A stretch of DNA of 64,000 bases from Massalongia carnosa. Taxonomy: Eukaryota. Below are positions 11,034 through 21,384 of this stretch, piece after piece. The notes beneath the pieces are model-generated. The model was given only the letters and a program-made list of their open reading frames with translations, was not told the origin of the DNA and did not search any database. Location: positions 3,224,001 through 3,288,000 of the forward strand of contig OZ287067.1 of NCBI GenBank assembly GCA_965645245.1, given 5' to 3'. The position numbers and the translations under genes are program-made. The first letter of the stretch is position 1. Each line of letters begins with the position of its first letter.

Positions 11034-11475
11034 AATGGTTTACGTAGTAAGAGGCAGAGAAAGTGGGAGAATACGTAACGTACGTATAAGAGATGTACAA
11101 CTCTAGGGTTCAATCCTAGGAGTTGGAACTCTTTTTGCTTTTTGGTATAAATGGATATTGGTTACCAAGCTTAGGTACTATCATCTTCAAGGATGGAAGT
11201 TTGCATCTGCAGCAAGTGTTTAAAATGTGAATTCCTATTTGTTGAATCATCCACAGAAGAGTGCAGTGGATTACGAACACTATGTGAAGTCTTCGTACTT
11301 TGCCATCATCGTGTAGTAACACGGCGGGATCTATTTGCAACATTTCATCTTTATCCATCTCCTATCCGCAACGATCACTCAACACACAAGTCATCCGATG
11401 TGCTTGAATACTTTCCTCCTCATCCACCGCACTCCGATCTGATCATTTCTACCTATCTCCACACTGGCGTCGAGG

Positions 11476-12302
11476 ATGTGTTGCTGGCCTTTCACTGACG
11501 TCGTGCTCGAAGAGGCTCCTAAGAAAGCAAAGGAAAAGAAAGAGTATGTTCTCGTTTCAGACAAACTAAATCTGCACCCGGGGGTGAGTCACCCAACGTT
11601 TCCTTCACTTGTTTCACTACGTATTATGCAACACCTCCCATCTTTCATCTCTACTCTCACCCAAACACCAACGTACAACCTCAACTACGTTCGAATTTTT
11701 ATCGCCGAGCTCATCCACTCTTCTCTTGTCTAATCACAACACAACATCTACCAGGAGCAATGAGTTACTATTACACCTATGTTCCTCACTATAGCGGGGA
11801 GGTGACTCCGAAAGATCTTCCCACGAAGGCTAAGGAACCCGCACCCAATCCCTGGCTTGGACCACCAGCTCCACCGGCCTACGTGCACTATCAAGTTGCC
11901 AATTCCATGCCAACTTACCTTTTGTCAGCATGAGCTAATAAAAGGACATTACAGGTTGTCCCAGGTCAATACGTCTATCAAGCTCAAGCCCAATCGCAGC
12001 CTCAGCTATATTACGCAGCACCACCGGTTCCGGAACCCGTAAAGCACAACTTCTGGCACGGAGGCACCAAAGCCGAGGTCGACGCCCAGAACGCCGCCGT
12101 TGCCAAAGCTACCGGAGCTACAGATGCAGTTCGGCTGATTCCTGAGGGCAGCACTGCGTCGAGCCAATACTATTGTCGTGAGCTTGATGGTAGTTACACT
12201 CTTCGAACTACAACCGAGATCATGGAAACCCTCCAACCTGGTTACTGGCAATATGCAAATCCAGGTGGATACCCATATTGGGTTCGTACAAAAACTGCCT
12301 GA
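11476..12302 (+). CDS. Small multi-exon hypothetical fungal protein
   Basis: Exon 1 MCCWPFTDVVLEEAPKKAKEKK ends at a GTATGT donor. Pro-rich middle exon ~11794-11882. Last exon from ~11955: VVPGQY...FWHGGTKAEVDAQN...YYCRELDGSYTLRTTTEIMETLQPGYWQ...GYPYWVRTKTA-TGA (12300-12302). The ORF track misses the last exon. Internal exon boundaries are uncertain. Confidence 0.7.
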
Positions 12303-12803
12303 ACTGGGATGTGAGTAGTTTTCATCTTAAGATTGGAAAGGCGTATGATATAAGTTGGCTGACTTCATACTGGCTAGCCGTTTAACAGGTTTTTACAAAG
12401 CACATTCAATGTTAGCTGTTGCATGGGGAGATGGCATTGACCAGGCAGAGAGGTGTGCGTTAAGCTTTCTTTTTAGTGACGAACTCGATTCTTAGCGGTT
12501 GTGCGTTCATGGAGCAAGGGCTTGGAATCTGGTCTTGGGACCGCATCCTTTGCGTACCCATTACCTTCAAGAAAGAGATGAATGAAGGGATCCAATGTAC
12601 TTTTTTTCGTGAGAAATTTAAGCTTCGTTGGGTTCCTACATAGCATGTGTATTCTACCACCCAGCTAGCCATTCCTCAAACACTTCATATTTTAGTCCAA
12701 GCGCCCATATGCACAGCCATACATACATGCTGCCATATCTGAACCTTGCAAACTGTTGGCCTCGAAAGCTACGTGGCTTCTCCTTTTGTTAGCTCTAACC
12801 CAT

Positions 12804-14118
12804 GTCAAAGGTTTCCGACTCTACCCGCGATTTTCGTGATTTCGCGTTTCAACCCCTCCAACCCATCAACTTTGACCTCATCATTTCACCATGCCACGCA
12901 CTCCGTTGGCTTCAATTTCTGGTAATAAGCCTCGCAATACCGAATTGAATCAATGTCAAAGATGAATGATTATTGGAGCCCAGGCGTTGGGGCATGCACC
13001 GGCCGAAATTGCAAAGACATTAAATGTTCCTCGAACCACCGTCATTTACACTCTTCAAAAGCACCCAGAACGCAACAACGAAAAGTCCAAATCGCGATCG
13101 GGTCGGCCTGGAATATTTTCGGATCGCGATAGAAGACGTACCATCAAATTTGCACGAATCAATCCACGCATCACCTATGCGCAGCTGCGTACGGAGGCCG
13201 GGGTGCAATGCAGTCGATCCACTCTCTATCGGACGCTCAAAGACTACGGTCTAACAAACTGGCTGGCTAAAAAGCGGCCTTTATTGACGCCCGAGGTGGC
13301 AAAGAGGAGATTGGAATGGTGCTTGCTTCGGCGTGAGTGGACTTCTGAGCAATGGTCGAAAATTATATGGTCAGACGAGTGTTCGGTGGAAAAAGGGTCA
13401 GGAAAACAGCGTCAATGGATGTTCAGATTTCCGGAAGAAAAATGGAAAAAACCTATGATACAACCGTACGCCAAAGGCAAGGGGGTCAAGGTTATGGTAT
13501 GGGGGGCTTTGTGGAGGAGAGAAAGGTCAGATCTTTACAAATTGGCCCGCGCTTTCGAAGCAAAGAAGATGGGGTACTCCGCGAATTCATATTTGGAATT
13601 ATTGAACGATAATCTGCTTGGAATTTGGGAACCGGGCCTCATTTTCATGCAGGATAATGCATTGATTCATACTGCCAAAAAGGTGAAGAAATGGTTCGAT
13701 GAAAACGGTATAACAATCATCGATTGGGCCTCCTTATTCTCCTAATTTGAATCCCATCGAGCACGTTTGGTATGTGCTCAAACAGCTCGTTTATCAAGTC
13801 AATCCGGACATCGATTCGGTGATGATAAGGTCCGCGAGGTACTTTGGAAAGCCTTGGAAGAAGCATGGGCCTTGATAGATGAGGAAATGTTGAGAAGTTT
13901 AATAGTGAGCATGGAAAGGAGGATTGAAGCTTGCATCCAATCGAAAGGATGGTATACGAAATATTAAAAATATATTTCTCAGCCCAAACTCGTTGCTAGA
14001 ATGTATGTAATCATCGTACGAAGTTTCAAGGCATCAAAATAAAAACTTGGTGGTTGATAATTCAAAGCAGTTGGGGGGGTAAAAAGTTGATGGGGGCTGT
14101 CGGAAACTTTTGACCTAG
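12804..14118 (+). mobile_element. Tc1/impala-like DD34E transposon, decayed left end
   Basis: Inverted repeats GTCAAA(G/A)GTTTCCGAC (12804-12819 / 14099-14114) and CCCATCAACTTT (12862-12873 / 14083-14094). TA follows the right end. Confidence 0.85.
12891..13967 (+). pseudogene. Tc1-type transposase (DD34E), disrupted
   Basis: ATG 12891 (MPRTPLASISGN), in-frame TGA ~12963, motifs WSDEC and FMQDNA. Removing one extra G near 13727 restores WPPYSPNLNPIE with 34 residues between D and E. Confidence 0.92.
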
Positions 14119-14300
14119 TACAGTACATAACTGGCGGCCCCAAGCCCGGACGAGATATAACTAGCCGCTCTTTCCCCCAGTTAGTTAGTCATTGAAAAAC
14201 TCTTGGCCCCGATGAATACACGACTAGCGAGCGCCCAGTAGTTAATCGTCTCCTCTCCCTCTCTCTCCCACCCCCTTATTTAAACCCCCCCCCCCCCAAA

Positions 14301-15034
14301 ATGGCAACAACATACACGCAACACCCGCTCCTCCTCCCCGGCCTAGCGCGCGGCTCGCACCTCATCACGCCCCACATCGAGTCCTCGCTGCACCCGCACA
14401 TCTCGCGCGTGAAATGCGGGCTCCTGCACCTCTTCCTGCAGCACACCAGCGCGGCGCTGAGCCTGAACGAGAACTGGGATGAGGACGTGCGGCGCGACAT
14501 GAGCGATGCGCTGGATGGGCTGGTGAGGGAGGATAAGGTGGGTTTTTTTTTGGTTTTCTTTTGGTTTTCTATCTCTCTTTTTTTTGGTAGAGGGAGGGGA
14601 TGGGGATAGGGGGTTATGGAGGCGCTTATACGGGGGGAGAAGGAGAAGGAGAAGGAGAAGGAGAAGGGGAAGGGATATAAGCAAGCAACCACATGCACAA
14701 TAACTTAACTAACTGTCTTCACCCCCTAACCAATTCTCCAGGAAGGAAAAGGTCTCTACCGCCACGACGCCGAAGGAAGCGACGATATGCCTGTACGTTT
14801 CCCCTCTTCGCACTCCCCTTCCCCTTCCTCTTCGTTTCCCCCTCCCCCAACCCCCCGGACTAACCCGCAAAAAAGGCACATATCAAATCCTCGCTCATTG
14901 GGGCGTCGATCACCGTGCCGATCTCGGAGGGGAAACTGGCGCTGGGCACGTGGCAGGGGGTGTGGCTGCTGGAGTTCCGGAACGGGCGGCAGAGGCGCAA
15001 GGTGCTTGCTACGGTGCAGGGGGTTGGGTTTTAG
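14301..15034 (+). CDS. UPF0047/YjbQ family protein, 3 exons
   Basis: LFLQHTSAALSLNENWDEDVRRDM | EGKGLYRHDAEGSDDMP | AHIKSSLIGASITVPISEGKLALGTWQGVWLLEFR...TVQG-TAG. Introns about 14538-14741 and 14793-14875. Confidence 0.93.
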
Positions 15035-15397
15035 GGGATGTAGGGGGTTAGTGGGGCGGGAGAAGGAAGGTTTAGGGGAAGGTGTTATAAAGATTAGGGA
15101 AGGAAGTGCTGGTTGGTGGGTTCGTTTGATGGGCTTTATGATAGAGGGAGAGAGGGGAGGAATATTTTTTCCCGCCTCTAGTGATGTTAACGGGGATCTC
15201 ATTGAGTTTAACCTCTCTGCATTTCTTATCTATATACTGGCATGGATCAATGTGTCTGCGTGCCTATCTATCCATTGCAAAGATCTAATTTTTCAACTCG
15301 ACTATTTCCGTTATCTTATTTCTCATTACATCCACTCAGCAAGCCTATCGAAAGCCAAGCTCCTTCCCTAATTCCTATCCATCTTAAAAGAGCCTGA

Positions 15398-16250
15398 TCA
15401 AGCAAACAGGGCCTTATAACACTCGCAACTGGCGTGAAACTGCTCATGAGCCTTCCTTGCGCCCGAGAGCTTTGATATCACCTGCTGATGTTGGACCATC
15501 CACGCTGCATGGTGGGTCCGGGTCTGCTCCCGCTCTATCTGCCACTGCGCCCGATCCAGTAGCATCTTGATTCTCGTAGCCGCCTTAAGATTGCTCAGCT
15601 CGTCCGTGCGCACGGCGACGCAGAGCTCAAGGAGGTGATCGGCCAGCTTGCCGCCGCCCCAAACGCAGCGTTTGACGTGCATCATGAGCTCCGCCTTGGC
15701 GAGATCTTCAGACCAGAGCCAGAAGACGCAGGACGGGGAACTTGAGGAAGAGAAGGAGCAGAGGTTCAGGGGCGCTATCGTAGATTTGCCGAGAGATAAC
15801 GAGGAAGATTCCTAGGTTGGTGGCGTCGCTGAGGAGTTTGTGGAATTGCTCAATGAGGAGATTTTTGAGGACGTGTAGCTGGTATTTTTTTGCTATAGTG
15901 TATATCCTGGCTAAGCTCTTGAACTTGGCGGCCCTGTCGAGTGGATGGAGGTGGTGGTAGATGTCGGTGTAGACGTACTCAACTAGGCCTTCAAAAGCTG
16001 TTTTAGTGTCATCTGGAAGATCGATTTCTAGCTTATCACTCGTTCTGAAAGGCCCCTTGCACATGCGGGCGAAGACAGGCGATCGGGAGAGAATGTCTTT
16101 GTGGACCGTGAATTTCTTGAGCGTCGGACCCACAATAAGGGTGGAATGGTAGAGCTAAAACGGGTGGATCAGATCTGGGCTAGACCTGCTATGATCACAA
16201 AGCTATATGTAGAAATAAACCGACCTTTCATGCCCAGGAAGAACCGCCAT
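15398..16250 (-). pseudogene. BTB/POZ domain gene, copy 1 (two frameshifts)
   Basis: Exon 1 MAVLPGHE ends at a GTCGGT donor. A 1-nt deletion lies at the start of exon 2, followed by LIVGPTLKKFTVHKDILSRSPVFARMCKGPF...LPDD...LVEYVYT...AKKYQL. A second frame break near 15710-15760 precedes GGKLA...HEQFHASCEC. Confidence 0.8.
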
Positions 16251-17220
16251 CTGGTCTAAGGTATTTGCAACAAATGAGCTAGCACTTAAATCCGGCAAAT
16301 AGTGAGAAGCGGAAAAGTGAATTGAAACCCTGTATGAATAAGACGTAAAAACTATAATAGACAGAACTGGATAGACCGTTGAATATTTGAAACCCATTTT
16401 CGCAAATGGTTGACTACTTTCGCTCTCTATTTCTGTCGTGGCTTCTTCATATAGAAATATGGCCTTTATTTAGAAACTAACTTTCCAAACAAGCTCGTTA
16501 TTTTATCATTCCCTCCTCAAGGCAGAACAGAGCTCTTAATTGAAGATCCCTTCCGGACATGGATGGTAGCTTCCTCATGATGTCTTGCATATAGAGCTCT
16601 CATGGTACATTTTTTTAGTTTTCACAAGTCAACAGAAAATGTTTCACACGCAATAAAGCTCCAAATGGTGTCCTAGTAGCATCGATATTTTCTCATTCGG
16701 TTTTAGTAGGCGCTATCAGTTCATCCATGTTCTTGATGTTAACGAGATTCCATCAAACTCTTCACTCACGAATCTAACGTAGCCGTGAGTGCACATCCTA
16801 TCAAAATCCCAACTCCTTCGCTCTCCTCGTGGTGTTTTCTTAAATCTTCCGCTACTCAGGCTCGTTCTCTTCTATGACAAGCTCCGTCAAAGTATGAAAG
16901 TACAGTCGCCAGCGAAAAAACCCAGCTAATGTGACACAGAGAGGCGCTGTTTTTGTGTTTTTTATTCCAAGGGTCTGTTACGGTCTCAATTCTGCTCATG
17001 GGTTAGTGCGCAAGTTCTCTCATCTAAACTAGCCAACCCTTCAGTAAAGGCTCCTAGATAATGTCCCTGCCTTTAAGTCTTTCACTTCAAACGCTGAGTA
17101 TTGCAATCTTCCTCATCGATTTAAGACCCTTTCACATACTAGCATCTAATAGTAACTTGAGAGGACTGATGGTTATAGGTATGGCCTTTCAGCGAATAAA
17201 CCAACCGGCTGAAAAAGCGA

Positions 17221-18097
17221 TCAAACATGATTCCGAAGGCAGGTGGGACAGTCGGGGTGATTTGCTTTATGGGTTTTTTTAGCAATTTTAATATTCGCCG
17301 TAGATGCTTCAAGCTGGCCATTCAGTTTCTCAGTTTTTTTTACCAATGATGTAACTAATGCTGCTTCTGCTGCACGCTCCTTAAGGAGAACATAGCAATG
17401 GGCTGCAAAAATATCTGCCGCAAGTTTCCCGCCTCGGGGAATGTATTCCTGAATAATTTCTTGAAGCTCTGAGCTTGAGTTCTTCTGTGACAACATCTTG
17501 ATGACAATCTCCTTGAAGAACGTCGAATATATAGTATCCGACTCGGGCGTATTATCATATATCTTCATGGCAATATCGAACACCAAGCTAGTGTTTCTGA
17601 GGTAGTCAGTGAATAGACCAAGCTTGCCGATCGCCAGGCTCTTGAGTACTTCGAGCTGATACTTCTCCGCCATTATGTATAAATCGGACATCAAATTCGC
17701 GTTATCGTCATTTTCCAGACCAGTCGCTGTCTGTATGGTCCCAGAATAGAGATAGTCAAGCATGAGCCCAACCAGCTCTGCATCATCCTCAGGTAATTCG
17801 ATCTCATGTATGATACCCTCTTTGAATGATCCGCTACACATTCGAGCGAACACTGGGGACTGAGAGAGAACGTCTTCATGAACATAAAATACCTCCCGGT
17901 TTGGCCCAGCCAAAAGACTGTAAAGGTGTGACCTCAGGCGCCTTCATGGCAATGGGTCAATTACAAGCTGTCAAAGATGATATAGGTGCATGCTCCACTT
18001 ACTTGCCGGACCCATCGGAAACTTTTTCCATGCCGTACTGTGGGTTTCTCTTATCTATCAAAGTCGGAAAGTCTGGTAGTACGGGTGAATCTGACAT
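17221..18097 (-). CDS. BTB/POZ domain protein, copy 2 (intact, 2 exons)
   Basis: Exon 1 18097-18003 (MSDSPVLP...), GTAAGT..AG intron 18002-17942, exon 2 RLRSHLYSLLAGPNREVFYVHEDVLSQSPVFARMCSGSFKE...LPEDD...LDYLYS...AEKYQL...GGKLA, coiled coil, HKANHPDCPTC. Confidence 0.9.
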
Positions 18098-18304
18098 AGG
18101 CGATGATTTCAAGGATCTAATGAATAGAGCTGTGTAGAGTACTTGTAGCGAGCACTGGAATATGTGCGTCGGCTACTCGTCAATATGGAAAATCATACTG
18201 TTAAGCTCAATTGAAGGTAGTGGTTTTAGGGACCTTGCCAGAAAATAGATAAACGGCTACTTAACTAACAGCTTTAACCTCTAAACAGCCCCTTAGTACT
18301 ATTG

Positions 18305-19924
18305 CGAGATGCTTAGGGACAGTCCCCCCCCCCTGTGTAAATCTTTACTAGTAAACAGCCATTTTACTACTCATCTAGGGTGCGTACAAGCTAGCAGTTA
18401 CACTACGTATTAATAATGTTGCTGTTACTGACTAAGTGTATTCAACACCTACAAATCTACCGATTTTCAACTCCAAAAACTCGTCAGCCAATTGCGATAC
18501 ATCATCCTTTCTAGGCTTCATGGTTTTAGCCACCTTTCTCATCGCCGTTTCCTTTCTCGCTTGAGCCCTAGCCTGTTTGACTGATTTCTCGACTCTTTGC
18601 TGGGATTCCAACTCCAACTGAGCCTTTGATTTCTTCGCCACACCCCGAGACCTTCGCGTTGTTGCAGAGGAAGTAGGGAGAATTTGACTGGCGCGCACGT
18701 TTTGGCTAAGACTATAAAGAGATGGAGGCGCTGCCTGAGATAGGATTAAGTTATATAGCAATAAGCGACGGGAAACGAAAGGTCGGTGTTAGTGATTCCA
18801 ACCAAAACGGATAAAGGCAAGTTCAATATATTAGTATTGAACGTTGCATCCGTTTCTAATAGAAACCCACCCACGAAACGTCGAGCCAGCCTAATTTGCC
18901 CCGCATTGCAAAAAAAAAAGTTCTATCACCCGTCTCTCACGCACATTATTCTTAACAATATATTTTTCCTTATACCGTACATGAAAGCCCCTGTCTTTCA
19001 ACGAGCCCAAGGCAAATAGAAGCTCTTCTTCAGGCGTGTGATCTCCCTCCGAATGAGCGAGATTATAATAATCGCTCCTCGACAGACGGAGTCCTTGGAT
19101 TCCTAATATTCTCGCTGCTTGGCCATATTGGGTTGACGATGCACGGAGACTCTTCCCTTGCTCTAGGGCATCTGTTCGATCAGGGTCCCTACTATGATGT
19201 TCTCTGAATGCAAAGGGATCAGTGGCCATCTCATGATTGTGCTCGGAGTTAGTAACTATTAGTCTCCATGCATTGTCTTTGTTTTTTTTTTTGAGACGGA
19301 GGCGATAAGGGCACTCATTGAACGAAACTTTGGTATTGGCTCGCACCCGGTCTTCCTCCTCTACTTTTCTAGTATTTCTTACTCTTTTATGATGGCGTGT
19401 ACAGTCTAATACGATTAAATGGTTTTTCTTATCGTGAGTTTCTGTGACCAACGCGAAGCCTTGGGTGAAGGCATAGTCTTGAAGACGAGTCTTTGCCTTC
19501 TTCCAAGACGAAAATAACTCATTCTCTTGCGGAGGAAGGAGGTGAGGTGAGAGTAGAAGGGCAATGGCATGTTGCTTTCGTAAATCCAAAGAAGTGGGAT
19601 CGAACTCCATCGCGATTAGGAGTAGTAAAATATATAATATGAGGTATAGCATAAGTGGAAGGAGAGATTTAGAGAGGGCAAAGGGTTAGGACAAGGGCAA
19701 GGGCAAGTGGTAAGTGAGGGTGAGGGTATGCTTTATCAGACCGAGTAGGATAATTATAAGTAGCAATAACAGGTCAGACGATTTAAACCGAAAAGAGTTT
19801 AATGTGCTGTTGGCAGTTGCGTTACTAGCTTGTACGCACCCTGAGCAGTGAAATGGCTGTTTACTAGCAAAGATTTACACAGGGGGGGGGAACGGTCGGG
19901 GGGGGACTGTCCCTAAGCATCTCG
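18305..19924 (-). mobile_element. Non-autonomous MULE (internal deletion derivative)
   Basis: About 90-100-bp TIRs starting CGAGATGCTTAGGGACAGTCCCCCC, 9-bp TSD GTACTATTG (18296-18304 / 19925-19933). Carries a FAR1-like transposase N-terminus (18891-19609) and a basic C-terminal fragment (18432-18761) but no DDE core. Confidence 0.93.
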
Positions 19925-20431
19925 GTACTATTGCCCTCATTTATCCTAACTTTCCCCGTAACATGAATCCATATAACTACACCAGCCAAGGAGCTTATCC
20001 TCATATCTTCTTTCATTTTGGAACGCTGGTTTTATATTTGTATATGACCTTGTATGTCTCTCATGTGTTTATCTATTTTTTTGGCGTGAACTGTGGTGGA
20101 AAGGGAGCAAAGTCGAAGGTTAGAGCGGTAGGAAAGTACAAAAAATAGGAACTGACGGAGATAAGGCCGGAAGGGGGTTGGGAAACAGAGAAGTGGAGAG
20201 ATATGTAGGGAGGTGTGGAGGTATGCCTGCTGCAAGCGGAGTTGGGAGTGCTCAACGCTCGTACATCCAAGTAGAATTTACCACATGCCGTACCACCAGT
20301 TGAGCATTTGCCCTACAATTTCCATCCTTCAAGACTTTGTAATCCCCAGAGAACATATTTGTTGCCATGTTTAATCAGGACCCGGTGCGTCTGTTCGGTT
20401 GGCGTGTTATCACCCCTAACCCAGGCAGCAC

Positions 20432-21220
20432 TTAAAGCGCAACGAAAGGTCGACATAAGGCATTAGACCAGAAGCGATGAAACGAACCTAAACCAACCTT
20501 AATTATCAGGTTAAATTCAAGCGTACAGCGATAGCAGTTGCTGTGGTGTTTATCGTGGTCTCTTTTTGTACAATGCAACCTTTCCCTTGCCGTTAAAAAG
20601 CTGGATTGGGATGAAGCAAACTGGTCCTGCAACCCTGAAATCCGCTTTGAAGCATCATCATGGCGGCATTGTGCCCTTGGAGCCTTAAGTCGGTTGAGCT
20701 GACTTCCGCCTGAAGATCCGAGCAACGGCCATCAAAAGGACTTCTATAAAATTTCCACTTACACTCATGCGTTTCTTAATTTGCCCTGGGATGTCTTGAT
20801 GATAGCTCTTCCATGCCAGCATCATTTAGTGGTCCTTATGAAAAAGGTCTGACACAGGACATTAGAGTCTAAGTTCTTATCATAGATGTTTTGAGGTTTA
20901 CTATAGAGATAGAGTACAAGAATTCTAGTAGGAGTTCAAAAGACTGTGGATCATCATCGAGCAGAATAATCCAGCGGTCAACGCTTTCTTTAAAAAATAC
21001 CTTGCTCGCATTATCAAAAACCGGTGACTGACAAAGAACGGTCTTATGAGCTAAAAAGAGCCTTTTACTTTGTTCCGACTAGAAAAGTAAAGATGTTTGA
21101 AGATAGGCGACTGTGATAAAGATAAGCCACCCTGCTTGTGGACAACAATTTGGCACGTAGTTGTTAACTCATTTATTTGGTTAAAATGGATTGATTTTCA
21201 CCACGAGTTGCTCATTGCAA
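20432..21220 (-). pseudogene. BTB/POZ domain gene, copy 3 (heavily decayed)
   Basis: Minus-strand translation of ~21110-20910 reads RLSSNIFTFLVGTK*KALLAHKTVLCQSPVFD...LLDDDPQSFELLLEFLYS across a frameshift. C-terminal TKRDHDKHHSNCYRC in ORF 20432-20725. A phase-2 acceptor sits at the same position as in copy 2. Confidence 0.75.
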
Positions 21221-21384
21221 TTTCCGCCAGTCTGCTTTGATCGGGATTATTGTTCTTGTCGCTGGAAGGAGATGAGGATCTGCAAAATAATGGAAATTCA
21301 GACGAAGGTACTATGAGGAGGTCTCTCAAGGACACAACCTGTTGAATATCCAATTCCTACCAGCACAATGAACACCTATCAGTA

